Shown here one piece after another: positions 9,086 to 21,759 of a stretch of 64,000 nucleotides of DNA. The stretch comes from Thozetella sp. PMI_491 (taxonomy: Eukaryota): NCBI GenBank assembly GCA_021432635.1, contig MU270019.1, positions 1,113,672-1,177,671 of the forward strand, given 5' to 3'. The translations under genes were made by a program, and so were the position numbers. Under the pieces are notes generated by a model. That model was not told the origin of the DNA and ran no database searches. It worked only from the letters and a program-made list of their open reading frames with translations. The number at the start of each line of letters is the position of its first letter. Within the stretch, counting starts at the first letter, position 1.

Positions 9086-12000
9086 CTACCGGCTGGGCGG
9101 GCCCCGGTCCGTGCCCTGGAGTCGAACCCCCCCCGGTCGCCCGCCTGTGGCGCTCTGGCTTCCTTGCATGCCGACTAACTAGGGGCCCCCTAGGACAAAA
9201 AACAAGTATACACAGCAGCCGTAGCCTGGTGGGAGGGTGGCGGGAGCTAAGCGCTGGGTCCCGACTCGCATTTGCTTTTTCTTTCATTTCGCCACGAGAT
9301 TACCGCCTATCCAACGTCGTCAGGGCATACAGCGGAACTAGGCTGCTCCGTACGCCGGAACCTAGGCGCTGGCAAGCATACCGTCCAAAAAGAGATGCCA
9401 TCAGAGAGGGTGTGCAGAGGCGATCCGAATGCGCATGCTGGCTGCTTTCCCGCTGGTTCCAGAAAGGATGGGACCACCTGAAGCTCCAAGGTCAACAGAC
9501 AGGCGTCGGCGACGCCGAGGGCCATAGACACCTGATCGCGCGCCATGCGCTCGTTATGCAGCGACTGGACGACGAGGGGCGTCTCTAGGTTGCCTGCCAC
9601 CTTGCTCACTGATGGCCGAAGATGGGACGATGGCCGTCATGCGCGCTGCTTTGACCGCCCCGTCTTGCGCAACTCTTCGTTCGAGAAGGCCCAGGACCCA
9701 TTCTAGAGCCACTCTTGGTTCTCTATTTGGGCCAGTTCGCAGCAGGCATGCTGGCGACCAAAACCAGAATACGCTGCAACCAGGATGGCATCAGGAGGGG
9801 TTGGCAAGCATCTTACATCCTAACCATGGGGCAAAAAAGTTGTAGTTCCCTTGTCAGGAGAGCGGCCGTGCGCGACCCAGTTCTCCCTGACCTTGGCCAG
9901 TGGAGGCCGGCGTCACGAGGTACGTCAACTCGATCGTAATGGAGGCATTGCTAGTTCTGGTGCGTTGTGTACTATGTGTTCTACCTTTGCCGAGACGCAG
10001 AGCCTCATGCTGCTACCAGGTAGGTGCAGGGGCGCACCATACTAAGCCCAGGGATCTCCCTGGCACTAGCGCAAGTTCGAAGCGGGCAGTGGGTTGCGAG
10101 CTGATGCAGACAGGTGCCAGCGTGGGGCCTTCGCAAAGATCAGATGAAGCCTCGTCCTCGCCCAGTAGTGAGGTTCATCGACGTCGAGGTTGGAGGTAGT
10201 TGGAAGCGACGAACCCCCTTCCCCTTCGGCTATTGGGATGGCTGGCGCCTTTGGTAACGACGCCTAGAATCCCGGGTTGGCCCGGCCCCTAATTTTGGCG
10301 ATGTGAGATGTCCGACTGGGGGGCTCGTCGAGGGACCTGAGCGATCATTCGCTTGTCCCGGTCACGTAGACTCGATGGGGACCAGCAAGGGGCAGCAGGC
10401 CGAAAGAGCCTTCGACTCGCGTTGCCCAAGAGCAGACAGGCCAGAGGCCTGGATAGCGGCAAGTGTCATCTGGAGTTCCGGACGACGATCATCAGCTGCA
10501 AATCCCGAGATCATGTCATGCGTCGGCATCAAGGGTCAGCTAAAGCGCCACTGGGAAGGGAGGGGTTGCCCCTCTCCAGGAGCCAACAGTCTTGCTGAGA
10601 CAGTTCTCTCCCATGCTGGTCTGTCTAGTCGTCCCCCGTCGCACCCCCGGCCGACGGCGCCGTGGTTCACCACAGGTGTCAACGCGGGCAGCCGCCTTGC
10701 CGATATTGCTATAGGAGTATGCCCGTCCATATCAGCCCTAGGCGATAGGCGACTACTAGGAGGATGGGGTTCGTGGAGGGGTAGGAACATCTCTGTGGGC
10801 AACAATAAGAACGCTCAAAGGGGTATTATAGCGGTCATCCATGTCCCGCTTGGACCAGCACCAGCGATCCGTGGTGCCGCGTATCACCGCTTAAGATCGT
10901 CTTTGAGGGGGTGGCGACGAGCAGGAAGACCCCCATATGATTCTGATAGCGTAATCACAGATCACTCATCTATTTGCAGCCACGGCTTGGAGCGTTGGCG
11001 GGAAGGGGGAAGCCAAAACGTCCAGGTGAGCAGCCGGCCGGGCCATCGTTTTGTTCCGTTTTCTCAGACAACAGTCGCCGGCTCGCAACATCGAGGGTGT
11101 CTGGGGAGAGCTCCATATCAAAATCTCACATATGGCGGTGAGAGGGGCCAGACCATATGCTAAACATGTAGGGGAGCCGATCGAGGCCTCGCGTACGTGG
11201 CCGACCCCGCGAAAAAAAGGCGGGCGCTCCAGACTGCGAAGGTTTGTTTTTGAGACGGAGGAGAGACGAGACATTGTTTTGGTGATCGTGGTTTCGATGC
11301 CTAGGTGTTTAGTCCCTTGCTGTGCCCCGCTTGTTTTGTGTCTCGGATAGCTGTTCTGTTTGGGCGTTTCCCTATTGCGGGCGGCAAAGATGGCTATTCT
11401 TGGAACCGACTGCGAGCATGAATAAAACAGAGAGGAGAGGCCCGACGCGCCGCTAAAGAGGGCCGTCACGAGCGCGCCCGCCATCGTGGCAGCGGGAGGA
11501 TGTGTCTTTGCCGCAGGCGCCGCAGCAACGGGGAAAAGAAGCGAGCGAGCAGTGGCCACCGCTCGAGGGTTGCCGAGGGCCGATAAGGTTGGCCTGCATT
11601 AGCCCCATCCTTCGACCCCGTCGCTTGGGAGCGCGGTCGGACGGTGGGTGGCAGGAGGAGCGCCACCAACTGCTCACATTGTACTGGCACGCGGCGCGCG
11701 CCCCATTCGCAGATGTTTCGAGCAATGTTTCTCGGGATCCCATGGCGTGTAGACTGGCCCCTGGGCTCGCTGGGGCCCTGGCCGCCCCCGTCTCTCTTTC
11801 CGCCGGGTGGCCGTGGGCTAACGAGGGCACTAGCGATTCCCACCCAGTCTCAGTTCGCGTGGACGTTGCCTTTTCCAGGCACTGGCAGCGGATGTGGATA
11901 CCGTGGATGCCCCCGAAAAAGCTCGCTAGACGGTACGAGAAGAGACGACGTTAAAGCTGGGGCCGCAGTGCAGGCTTGGCGTCCCTGTGTGGTGAGCGGT

Positions 12001-14633
12001 GGTGGGCAGATAGTGCCCTAATGCGGCAAGGCTTGATACAGAGGTGAGATTGCGCCAACTCTTTAGCGAGTTTTAAGGATGCTCAGCCCAGGGCCGGAAA
12101 CGCTAGAAGCCTTGCAGCAGGGGCCACGCCCGCTCCGGCACCCTTGCAGGTCAGCGGATTACACATCAAAAATTGAGTGCGCTTCTTGACAAGCTCAGCT
12201 TTCCCTCGCAAAACGGGACGGCAGGAGGCCAGGACGGCCAGGAAGGCCAAGCAGAACGCTCCAGCTAGAGAATAAACCCGACTATTTTCTCCGGCCCAAA
12301 AGATGGAGCCCCGATGCTTGGGGCAGTTTGGGCACTTCGAATTGGGAGAGCCCCGGGCCGCTCCTGCCTGCAAACCTGAGAATGGGTTTCTAGTTTCCAC
12401 CCCTCGGTTTGGACGGGTGGACCGCCTCCAGCACCAAAAAAAAAAAAAGGGACGGAGGCGGTCGGGGAGGGAAAGCTTGTGTTCTCTTGTTTATTTCATT
12501 TTCCGCCTCACTGTGGCCATTCTATTCCCGCGGGCGAAAGAGAAGGTTGCGACGAGAGACTGCAAACGGGTTTTCGTCGAGGCTTGCGAATGACATCACC
12601 GAGCGACCGTCCCATTTTCCGGAGGTCGTACTGCCAGTCTGGCGGTCCAAAATCTGAAGTAAAATGCTAGTCTCAAGCAGGAGCAAGGAAACGAGCTCAT
12701 GTTTCAATGCATCCTGAGATCGAGCTCGCGTGCGGATTGGCTGACGTTGTTGAATCGAAGCGACAAAAACGGCAAGCCAGCCCTTGTTCTGCTTTTGACG
12801 GTGGGTCCTGCTCAGATCAGGGACCCCCTGCAAGCCCACAGAGCCTCAGAATGAGGGGCACCGGCCAATCAGTGATCCGATGCAGGAGCAAGCGCGCCTC
12901 TGTAACACTTTAGGACCCCGCATCAAACGTCAAACTTGACAGACACAGACAGGCTTTTTTTCGTCGGGCTTATGAAGCTGTACAGGAAGTGCACCCAAGA
13001 GCGCCGGCCAGGCCACACGCACAGCCCTGCCTCTACTTCGAAACTACGTTTGGGTACGCGGCCACCGGTCTCCTCTTGGCTGCGACCCGCGCGCCGCAGC
13101 TGGGAATACGAAGGGTAGTTTTGCGATACGACAAGTAGCTCTCACGTACTGCCGTGGTTCCTCTGCAGCACACCCGCCCCAACCCTCGCTGCCGTCTCCT
13201 CCTCCTCTTCCCCTCCCCTCCCTCTGGGGTCGATGTCTCGACCGAGCGAGCCGACCAGCTGCAGCACGCCTCGCCCTCTCGATCGCCTACTGACTGCCCC
13301 TCACCGCTGCCCAGCGGCACCCATTACCCCTTCTGTCGCAGCGTTGGGTTGCCCCTCCTAGAGAAACAGGCTGGCCGGCCCTCCAGAGGGACCCACCCAC
13401 AAAACAATGATGGCGACATCGCCGCCGGGAGATGTTGGGAACAAAACAGCCTCGGCCGCTCGTTTGCCTGTCGAGGAAACCCTCCAAGGCCCGGCGCTTC
13501 GTGAGGCCACCTGGGCCCTGCGGGCCGTGGACCAGAATAGCCACGTCCTTCCCTCTCCGTCTCTCTCTTCTCACACCCCCCTCCCCAGACAAGCTCTCCG
13601 TCTCCTTGCTCTTTGCCGCCCGTTGGATAGCCGGGCCTCCCGGTAGGTAGGGGGATCCTGTTCTCCGCCGTCGTGTACCTGATCTGAACGCACGAGTCGC
13701 TGCCAAGGGCCGTATCGTCTTCGTGGTTTCGTTCTGCCCCCCTTCGTCGAACCCGGCATGACTCGTCCCAGGCCCATTCGTCCATACTCCTTCCCAACCG
13801 GGCGTGTTGACCCTGGATAGCGACCGGGGCCTGAGGATGACTGACGCCAGATTCGACTAGCGCACGTCCGTTCTCCGAACGTCCCAGAGACTCGAGTATG
13901 CAAGGGTCCGGATCAGGCCCTATCCATGACGCCCTGGGCGACGGATGCCGCCTGGATGGGGAGGGAGGTTGGCTCGCAAGTCTGGGGCCGTCTCTGCTTC
14001 GCGTCTCTCGCCTATTGCAGGGCTGGCTACCTGTTCACACACCCTTCCGCTTCTGCCTTCTCTCTCCTCCCACCTCAACCTCTTCGTGCGGATTGCAATG
14101 CAGACGCAATGTAGTTGTTCTGTCCGTGCTATACGCCGTCCAAAACATCGTAGTTGATGAAGTGTGCTGCAAGTGCAGGCTGGCTATGGTTCGTGTGTGT
14201 GTTTTTTTTTTTTCCTTCGAAGAAAGGGGACCCGCCTTAGAGCGAGCTCCCAAAAGATCCCCCCCTCCTGCTCCCTCTCCCGAATCCATCTGTACTTGGG
14301 GCCGTGTTAAACGAAACCCTTGCGTACCACCCTACACCACACCCTACCCTGTCGGGTCCCGACCCCCGTCACCACGGTTTCCCAGAGGGTCTGTAACAGG
14401 GCTAGAGGGTGCGGTCTAGCTCCGTGAACCCCCCTGGTCCATGGCCACCTGGAAGGGGATGTGGACTCTGCCCGAGCATCATGCACCTTAACATGGGCGT
14501 CCTAATGCAATAGCGCTGCATTATTATCCTCGACCTCCCGCTCCCGGGCTCGAGATCTCTTTCTTCTTGTTTCCTTCTTTTACCACCAACCTAGGTTCTC
14601 ACCAGAGTATCGCTCCTGCCACGACGCTGTTGC

Positions 14634-14704
14634 GTGTGTGTCCCTTTCTTTTCTCTTTCTCTTATCGCAGCTGACGTTGTCACTCTTTTTGATCAACCAA
14701 CTAG
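14634..14704 (+). other. Probable 5'-UTR intron of the Myb-like regulator
   Basis: GTGTGT donor, pyrimidine tract, GCTGAC branch site at 14670 and CTAG acceptor at 14701-14704, inside a leader with no ATG. Confidence 0.5.
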
Positions 14705-15099
14705 CTTAGCTGCCCACATTCTTTTGGAGAGAATCTTTCACTTTGACGACGGTATAATCTGGTTTATTATACTCAAGACTTCACTTCCAACACCCACCCC
14801 TTTTACCAAAACAAAACAAACTTTTTAGCTTCGTCTTCGATCTCGACACCATTGATCAAGCAGCCATTCTTTGAAGGACGCCCAAGTTCCCGCCAGCGAT
14901 ACCTCCCAAAGTCTAGCCCTCGAGACCAGACGAATATTCGATTCTCCGGCAGCAAGTTCTGCCCGTTCTTCTTGTGAACACACCAATTTGCAACAACCTT
15001 CGCTTCTTGGACACACCGCCTGGACCGACAGCTCCAGTCGAAACCCTTTCTTTTTGAGACGATATAGTTGGGCAAGGCATTCCTGAAAATCGGACCACC

Positions 15100-16324
15100 A
15101 TGTCTCCCACTATGCAGATGACGGCCCCCCCTGCCGTGTACACCCCCACCTCGGATGCCATGGACCGCCACGAGTATGGCGTCACGAAGAACCGGAAGGC
15201 CGCTTCGACCGGTGGCGGTAGGGCTTGGAGCGAGGATGAGGTACGTTGAATTATAAGCTGCATGAGAGGGAGGAATACGATGGCTTGCTCGGAGGACGGT
15301 AGAGGGCTTTCATGAGAACAAGTTGGTGCTAACCTCGGGGTTCCACCGCGTTTAGGAAGTGTATCTTCTGCAGACTCGCCTCCAAAAGATGCCCTACAAG
15401 CACATTGCTGCCCACCTGAAGAAGACAGAGCTCGCCTGCCGGCTGCACTACCACCAGCTCAGCCACGGCAGCAACCGACGCAAGCGCACGACCTCGGTCT
15501 CCTCCGGCTCTTCTACCGGCGGACACTCCCCGATCATGCCCGCCTCGGTGCCGTCGCCCATCCATGAGCACGAGGGTCCCACCAGCCGCTCGGTGTCGCC
15601 TCCAGGCTCTGCCGGCTCCTACGGCCCGAACAGCCCCAACGCCATCCACCTTCCCAGCATCATGACGGCCAGCCACGACTCGCCTCGCCTGCCCGCCATC
15701 CTGCCGAAGCCTGCCTCGATGACTCTGGCTCTTGCCGGCGCCACTGGCATGCAGTCTCCTACCGCCGCTCGGGGCTACCCCACTCCTCTCCCGGAGCCTC
15801 ACCCCCATAGCGCGCCCCTGATGGCTTCGGCCAGCTTCCGCTCCGCCGTGACCCCGACCTCGGCGGTCCCGCCCCACTCGGCGCATACCTCCAACGGCGC
15901 AGCGCCCGGCCCCCTGCGGCTCGACTGCTCAGCCCTCCCGCCCATGTGCACCAGCATGAGCAATGCTTCATATACCTCTGCCAGCCACCCCGTCGACATG
16001 GCGCGCCTCAATGCCATCTACTCGGCCCACCGTGCCTCGTTCTGGGCCGCCGTCGCCTCTGACTACGGTGCCGGCGCGAGCCCGCTCGTCCTTGAGCAGG
16101 CCTGGCGTGGCGGCGTCAGCAACGGCGTCAGCAGCATGCCCATGACTGCACAGACCCCGATCACTCCTGTCGGCAGCCCCGACGACCACATCTACGGTGC
16201 TAAGCCGGATAAGACCAGGATCAGCGCCATCCTCGGCATCGACGCCAACCCGCGCAGCCCCAGGGAGCGGGAGATGGTCAGGAGGATGGAGGAGGAGAGG
16301 TGCGCTGTTGGGATCGTCGCCTAA
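15100..16324 (+). CDS. Single Myb/SANT-like domain transcriptional regulator
   Basis: CACCATG start at 15100. Exon 1 ends GGGRAWSEDE at 15240. Intron 15241-15355 has GTACGT, GCTAAC and TTTAG. Exon 2 reads EVYLLQTRLQKMPYKHIAAHLKKTELACRLHYHQL, then RRKR and a Ser/Pro-rich region. Confidence 0.85.
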
Positions 16325-16888
16325 CCGGCGCGATAGTTGTTGAAGATGATCCAAAGTCGATGGGCGTCACGGATTCTGTGTAGGATTCTCTTTCCCCTTG
16401 GACCACCAGGCAGTGCGAGTTTTTGATTACCCGAAGGACCATTGGTCCGGCCACTCAAGCGCTTCTTTTCTTCTTCCACAAACCCCTTTTTTTGTTTTGG
16501 ATACGGCGGTTTAGTGCTTACCGAGTGCGGCCGGGGGGGTGTCGAGGTGGTGAAAGACCGCGGCTTGAGCTGTCAAGACGCACTTGCATACGCCTGCTCA
16601 ACAACACATATACCCTTGCCTTGGGGGGCTTGATGGATGGATCGGCCAGCTGCTTTTTGTTTCCTTGTTCACGTGTTTTGCCATTCGTCTTTTTTTGTTT
16701 CTGCGTCGGATGGGTCCCCACGGATGGATGAGTGATGATTTCGATGGCATATCTCCTTCACGTATGCTTATACAGAGACGGGTCTTTCCTGGCTCCACAA
16801 GGGTCGGTCCCGTCTCTCACAACCTGCCTTTTCACTTTCGAGGCGAGACGGGACGAACGAATGGAATATGGCTTTGCATCAGACAGGC

Positions 16889-16917
16889 AGACAGAGAGAG
16901 AAGAGAGAGAGAAGAGG
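16889..16917. repeat. GA-rich microsatellite
   Basis: agacagagagagaagagagagagaagagg. Confidence 0.7.
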
Positions 16918-19055
16918 CACATCTATGGGACACCGGTAACGGTACGGGCCCAGAAAACACAGCAGAGAGAAAGAGGGGACAGGAGCCGGGAGGAGGAGGG
17001 GCAGGAGGAGCGCCCAGTGTACAATATAGCTTATCTACCGGAGCTCCACCTTTTGCGTAGAGAGGAACATCCGAAAACTTGCGGTCGCGAGAATCGAACT
17101 CAGACGTTGTCTTCCATCTTGTCCTTCCGATCAAGGCCCAATGCAACGTGTCGATATGACTTAATCCACGTTCAAATCCGAATGTCTGTGCGGCTCCTAT
17201 AGAGCTACTATGTATAGTGACCTGGAGCAGGCTGGGAGGATGGGGAGAGCTGTTAATCGTTCATACGGTGGGCCTTAGTACGGGAGTTAATCCTTCTCCC
17301 CCCACCCCCACCCTCCACCTGCTGTGTAACCCGGCATAAAGCGAGGCTAACAGGCGATGGTGTGGTGTCGCCGTGCCGGGTTGGCGTTGCTGGTGGTGGT
17401 GATGTAGCGCGGTTGGATCTGAATCGCCGGCGAGTGGCCACCCCCAAGGCTGCTGCGGGTAGCTATCCGGAAGCCGGGAAGGATGCTAAGCGATCCCGTC
17501 GCGTGGGTGCATTGCGAGGATTCGGCGGGCGGCGGCGGCGCCTCCGCCGCCCTGGGGCCGGGCCTCTGATGCACATGCCTGGCGCTCGCACTTTGGAGCA
17601 TCGACCGCCGATGGAAGAATGCATTAGCACGTGGCCACGACGGACGCGCCCGACGCATGTATTGGGACACTGGCCACGCAGCGCGGACGACGTTCGTCTC
17701 CGTCCCGCCCAGCTCCGATGTTCGCTGCTCCCCGCTGCGCCGAGGCGGGGCGGATGGTTGGGCCGGATGCCACGCCCGGGTCCTGTCCGGTCCTCTCTGG
17801 CAAGGCCAGCGCAGCAGCAGGCTAGCACGCGCAGTCATGGTGCATATCGAACCCTCCCTCCCGGGCCAGGGCAGGGAACGTGGCGCGAATCCCCGTCGCT
17901 GACCACCATTGACATCATCAGCCTCCCGAGGGTTCCCGGCGCAGCGGGTAGCATCGACGACGCCTAGCGCTCCGGGGCACACACCACCCCCCTCCTCTTC
18001 TTCCTCCTTTCCCGCCGTCTCCTCCTCTACCACCGGCGATGGGACTGAGTCGATGTTGCCTGCAATTGGCGGGGGAGACTGGACCAATGCAGGCCGATGG
18101 GGGTCATTTTGTGGGTTTGCTCGGCTGTGTGTGGACAGGCACGACAAAGCCCGTACAAAAGAATGGAGCACCTGACGGCCCTAAGCTAGTCATAAACTCT
18201 ACTGTCCAATACTCAGGTTCGCCAGGACCTGCCAGGGGCCTCACACTCCATAGCTTCCGGCTTGCTCCATTGGGGGGGTACCCCAGCTCGGGCTAGCATA
18301 GTGCCATATGCTGTTTTTTTTTTTCGCCGGCCCTTTTTTCGTCCCCCCTTCTGCCTCTGTCCCGGTCAGTGTCTCTCCACACGGGGATGACGGGGTCTTG
18401 TCAACGGCCCTGCCCTAGCGTTGCTTAGGAATAAGAGCGCGAGCATTGGTGGTGTGGAGAGCCCGTCAGTCGTCGGTCGTCAGGTCCCAGCTCCAGCTTC
18501 CCAAGCGTCTCGACTTCTCCTACTCCCCTCCTCTCCCCTCCTCGCTCGCTCCTTCTGGTTGTGAAGTATCCGCTCAAGGAGATACCCATAGCGCGTACCA
18601 AGCTGAACCGAAATTGCAGTCTCGGCGCAGAGACTCTTCCTAGGTACTTTCCTATCTAAACGGATAGCTAGCACCGTCGTCGTCACCTTGCATTGTGTAA
18701 ACCAGCACACCCAAACACTCACCACTCAGTCAGGTGGGGACATATTTTCACAGCTTTCCTTAGTCCTTGGACCACCACGCTCGGTCCTGAAATTTATTCC
18801 ATTTCTCACACGACTCTTCTCACTCACGTACATCTCTCTCTTACTCTCCGCCGTTTCCCTCTTTCTGTCTTTCTCACTCGACCCATCTCTCTTTATCTCA
18901 CCCCACCATCCTCTCTCGGGCCAGCTTGTTTCCCTCTCACTCCACTCCCTTCCCTCTCACGTCAACTCTTTCTCTCACCCTGCCTTTCTCGCGGCACTCG
19001 TACTCACACGACACCAACAAATCACAGCTAGTCACCAGGTCTGGAGCCGGTAACC

Positions 19056-21030
19056 ATGCCTCCCTATGATTTCATCAAGGACGATGGCGTCCGCAACGAG
19101 CCACAGCGGGATGACTACATCCAGTGGAACGTCCTCCCTCCGGGAGGTCCTCTCAACCGCTGGTCTCAGAACTTGACCCGGGAACATGACTTCCCCGGTG
19201 CCCAGGTAGGTTATTTGTGCCCTTGACACCACGAGGTTCACGGCTCACCACGCTCTTACTTGTTTAGGCTATGCTGTACGCCGCCGGTGTCCCGGATCGG
19301 GACACCATGAAGAACGCGCCCCAGGTCGGCATTGCTACTGTGTGGTGGGAAGGTAACCCCTGCAACACGCACCTGCACGATCTCGGCAAGCTGGTGAAGA
19401 AGGGCGTCGAGAAGGCTGGCTTCTTGGGCTGGCAGTATGGCACCATCGGCGTGTCGGACGGTATCACTATGGGCGCCGAGGGTAAGTTGGACAGGATTTT
19501 GTGGAATGAGTGTGTATACCTTCTCCTGGCAGGGGCTAAAACCACACCCCAGGTATGCGCTTCTCGCTGCAGTCCCGCGAGATCATCGCCGACAGCATCG
19601 AGACCATCACGTGCGCACAGCACCATGACGCCAACATCAGCATCCCGGGCTGCGACAAGAATATGCCTGGAGTGGTCATGGCCGCGGCCCGCCACAACCG
19701 GCCCTTCATCATGGTGTACGGCGGTACCATCCTCAAGGGACACTCGGAGCTGTACGGTGGTGACATCAACATCTCGACCTGCTACGAGGCCCGTGGTGCC
19801 TATGGCTACGGTAAGCTGCAGCCCAAGTGTGCCGGCTCGACTGCTTCGGCGTCGGACGTTCTCGACGAGATCGAGCGCCACGCCTGCCCTGGTGCCGGCG
19901 CCTGCGGCGGCATGTACACAGCCAACACCATGTCGACGGCCATCGAGGCCATGGGCCTGACCCTGCCTGGCTCGTCATCCTACCCGGCCACTTCACCCGA
20001 CAAGGCACGCGAGTGCGAGCGTGCCGGAGAGATGATCCGAGTCGTCATGGAGAAGGACATCCGCCCGCGAGACCTCCTCACCCGGCGTGCCTTGGAAAAT
20101 GCTCTCGTCGTCACCGTCATCCTCGGCGGCAGCACCAACGCCGTGCTCCACCTCCTCGCCATCGCCAACTCGGCCGATGTCCCGCTCACCCTCGATGATG
20201 TTGACCGCGCGAGCCAGCGCACCCCGCTGCTGGCTGACCTCGCCCCCAGCGGCAAGTACTACATGGAGGATCTCTACCACATCGGCGGCACCCCTTCGGT
20301 CCTCAAGATGCTCATCGCCAACAACCTGATCGATGGCACTATCCCGACCGTCACTGGCAAGACCCTGGCTGAGAATGTCGCCGACTGGCCGGTCCTGGCC
20401 GAGGGCCAGAAGCTCATCCGTCCGCTTAGCGACCCCATCAAGACGAGCGGTCACCTCCGCATCCTTCGCGGCAACTTGGCCCCCGGCGGCGCGGTGGCCA
20501 AGATCACGGGCAAGGAGGGAGAGAGCTTCACGGGCCGGGTGCGCGTCTTCAATAAAGAGAAGGAGCTGAACGATGCACTGGTCAGCGGTTCCATCACTGC
20601 CAACGACGGCAACCTGGTACTCATCGTGCGGTACGAAGGGCCCAAGGGCGGTCCGGGAATGCCGGAGCAGCTGCGGGCCAGCGCGACTATCATGGGAGCG
20701 GGCCTGACCAACCTAGCGCTGGTAACGGACGGCCGCTACAGCGGCGCAAGCCACGGCTTCATCGTAGGCCACGTCGTTCCCGAGGCGGCCGTGGGCGGAC
20801 CACTGGCCGTGGTGCAGGACGGAGATGTAGTGCGCATCGACGCGGTTAGCAACCGTATGGACGTGGTGGGCATCGACGGCATCGAGGACCTCCAGCAGAT
20901 CGAGGCCGAGCTGGCGCGCCGCATGAAGTCGTGGACCCCGCCGCCAATGCGCCCGCTGCGTGGTGTGCTGGGCAAGTACGCCCGACTGGTTGGCGATGCC
21001 AGCCACGGCGCGGTGACGGATCAGCCTTAG
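19056..21030 (+). CDS. ilv3: Dihydroxy-acid dehydratase (IlvD/Edd family), probably a non-mitochondrial paralog
   Basis: AQAMLYAAG, Fe-S cysteines in NPCN, PGCDKN and [12 protein letters not shown], plus [22 protein letters not shown] and [11 protein letters not shown]. Introns 19206-19267 and 19482-19552. Confidence 0.95.
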
Positions 21031-21759
21031 ACGGACATCAGGGGACCTTCTTGCAGGGACCGGGCAAGCTAGAGTGGGAATGCAGAGCTTGAGCCCACCA
21101 GCGGCGACGTAGAGGCTGCTCGGAGATTATGGCCTAGGTCCTTCAGCATGGTTACCATGGAGTCGTGGTCGTCGTTAACGAGGGCTGCCGAGAGCGGGGA
21201 GTTACACGTTGCAGCCAAAGAGATGGCAGCATCGTGCGTAAATAGCTGAAGATACCTCGGACTAGGTAGAGACAAATGGCTTGCGCCGGCGAGATGCTTT
21301 AATAAAATTCCTTTCTAGTAGACAGGTGCTTTAGGCAAGCAACGCCATTGCAGTGGATCGTAACTCTCCAAGCATTGCCCCCATCCCCCCTCCTCCACTT
21401 CGGATCCGCGCATCCTTGCCCCTTTCGATCTTCTATAACTGCTATATCACACAGGGGGTGGATGGCACGGACACCAGCAGACCAACACTAGCAGTCATTA
21501 GGCACTTCAGTTGAGCAAACATCGTGACACTCTGTCTATCGGAGCAGCTAGAGTAAAGAGCAAAACACCACTCCCCCACCCCCAGTACCCATGCATAGCC
21601 GTATTGTATCGGTACAACCCGACGATTAGGCAGTTATTATTGACATCCGAAGCTCAACGCCGCAGCTAGCTTCGCTCTGGAAAGTATGGAGACATGAATC
21701 GTTATGTTGCTAGGACGAAGGCCCACGCACGACGTGGCGTGTGTCGATCCTCAGCCGGA

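Noticed and set aside
9307..11163. ORFs of 100-286 aa in the long intergenic region
   Set aside because: Non-ATG starts, no codon bias or domain motifs, and Arg/Gly/Ser-rich composition typical of chance ORFs in GC-rich DNA.
17347..18171. 274-aa and 201-aa overlapping ORFs upstream of the DHAD gene
   Set aside because: GC-rich promoter-like sequence with low-complexity translations in both orientations.
19056..21030. DHAD as a self-resistance gene of a secondary-metabolite cluster
   Set aside because: I found no PKS, NRPS, terpene cyclase or P450 in the window, and the neighbours are housekeeping-type genes.
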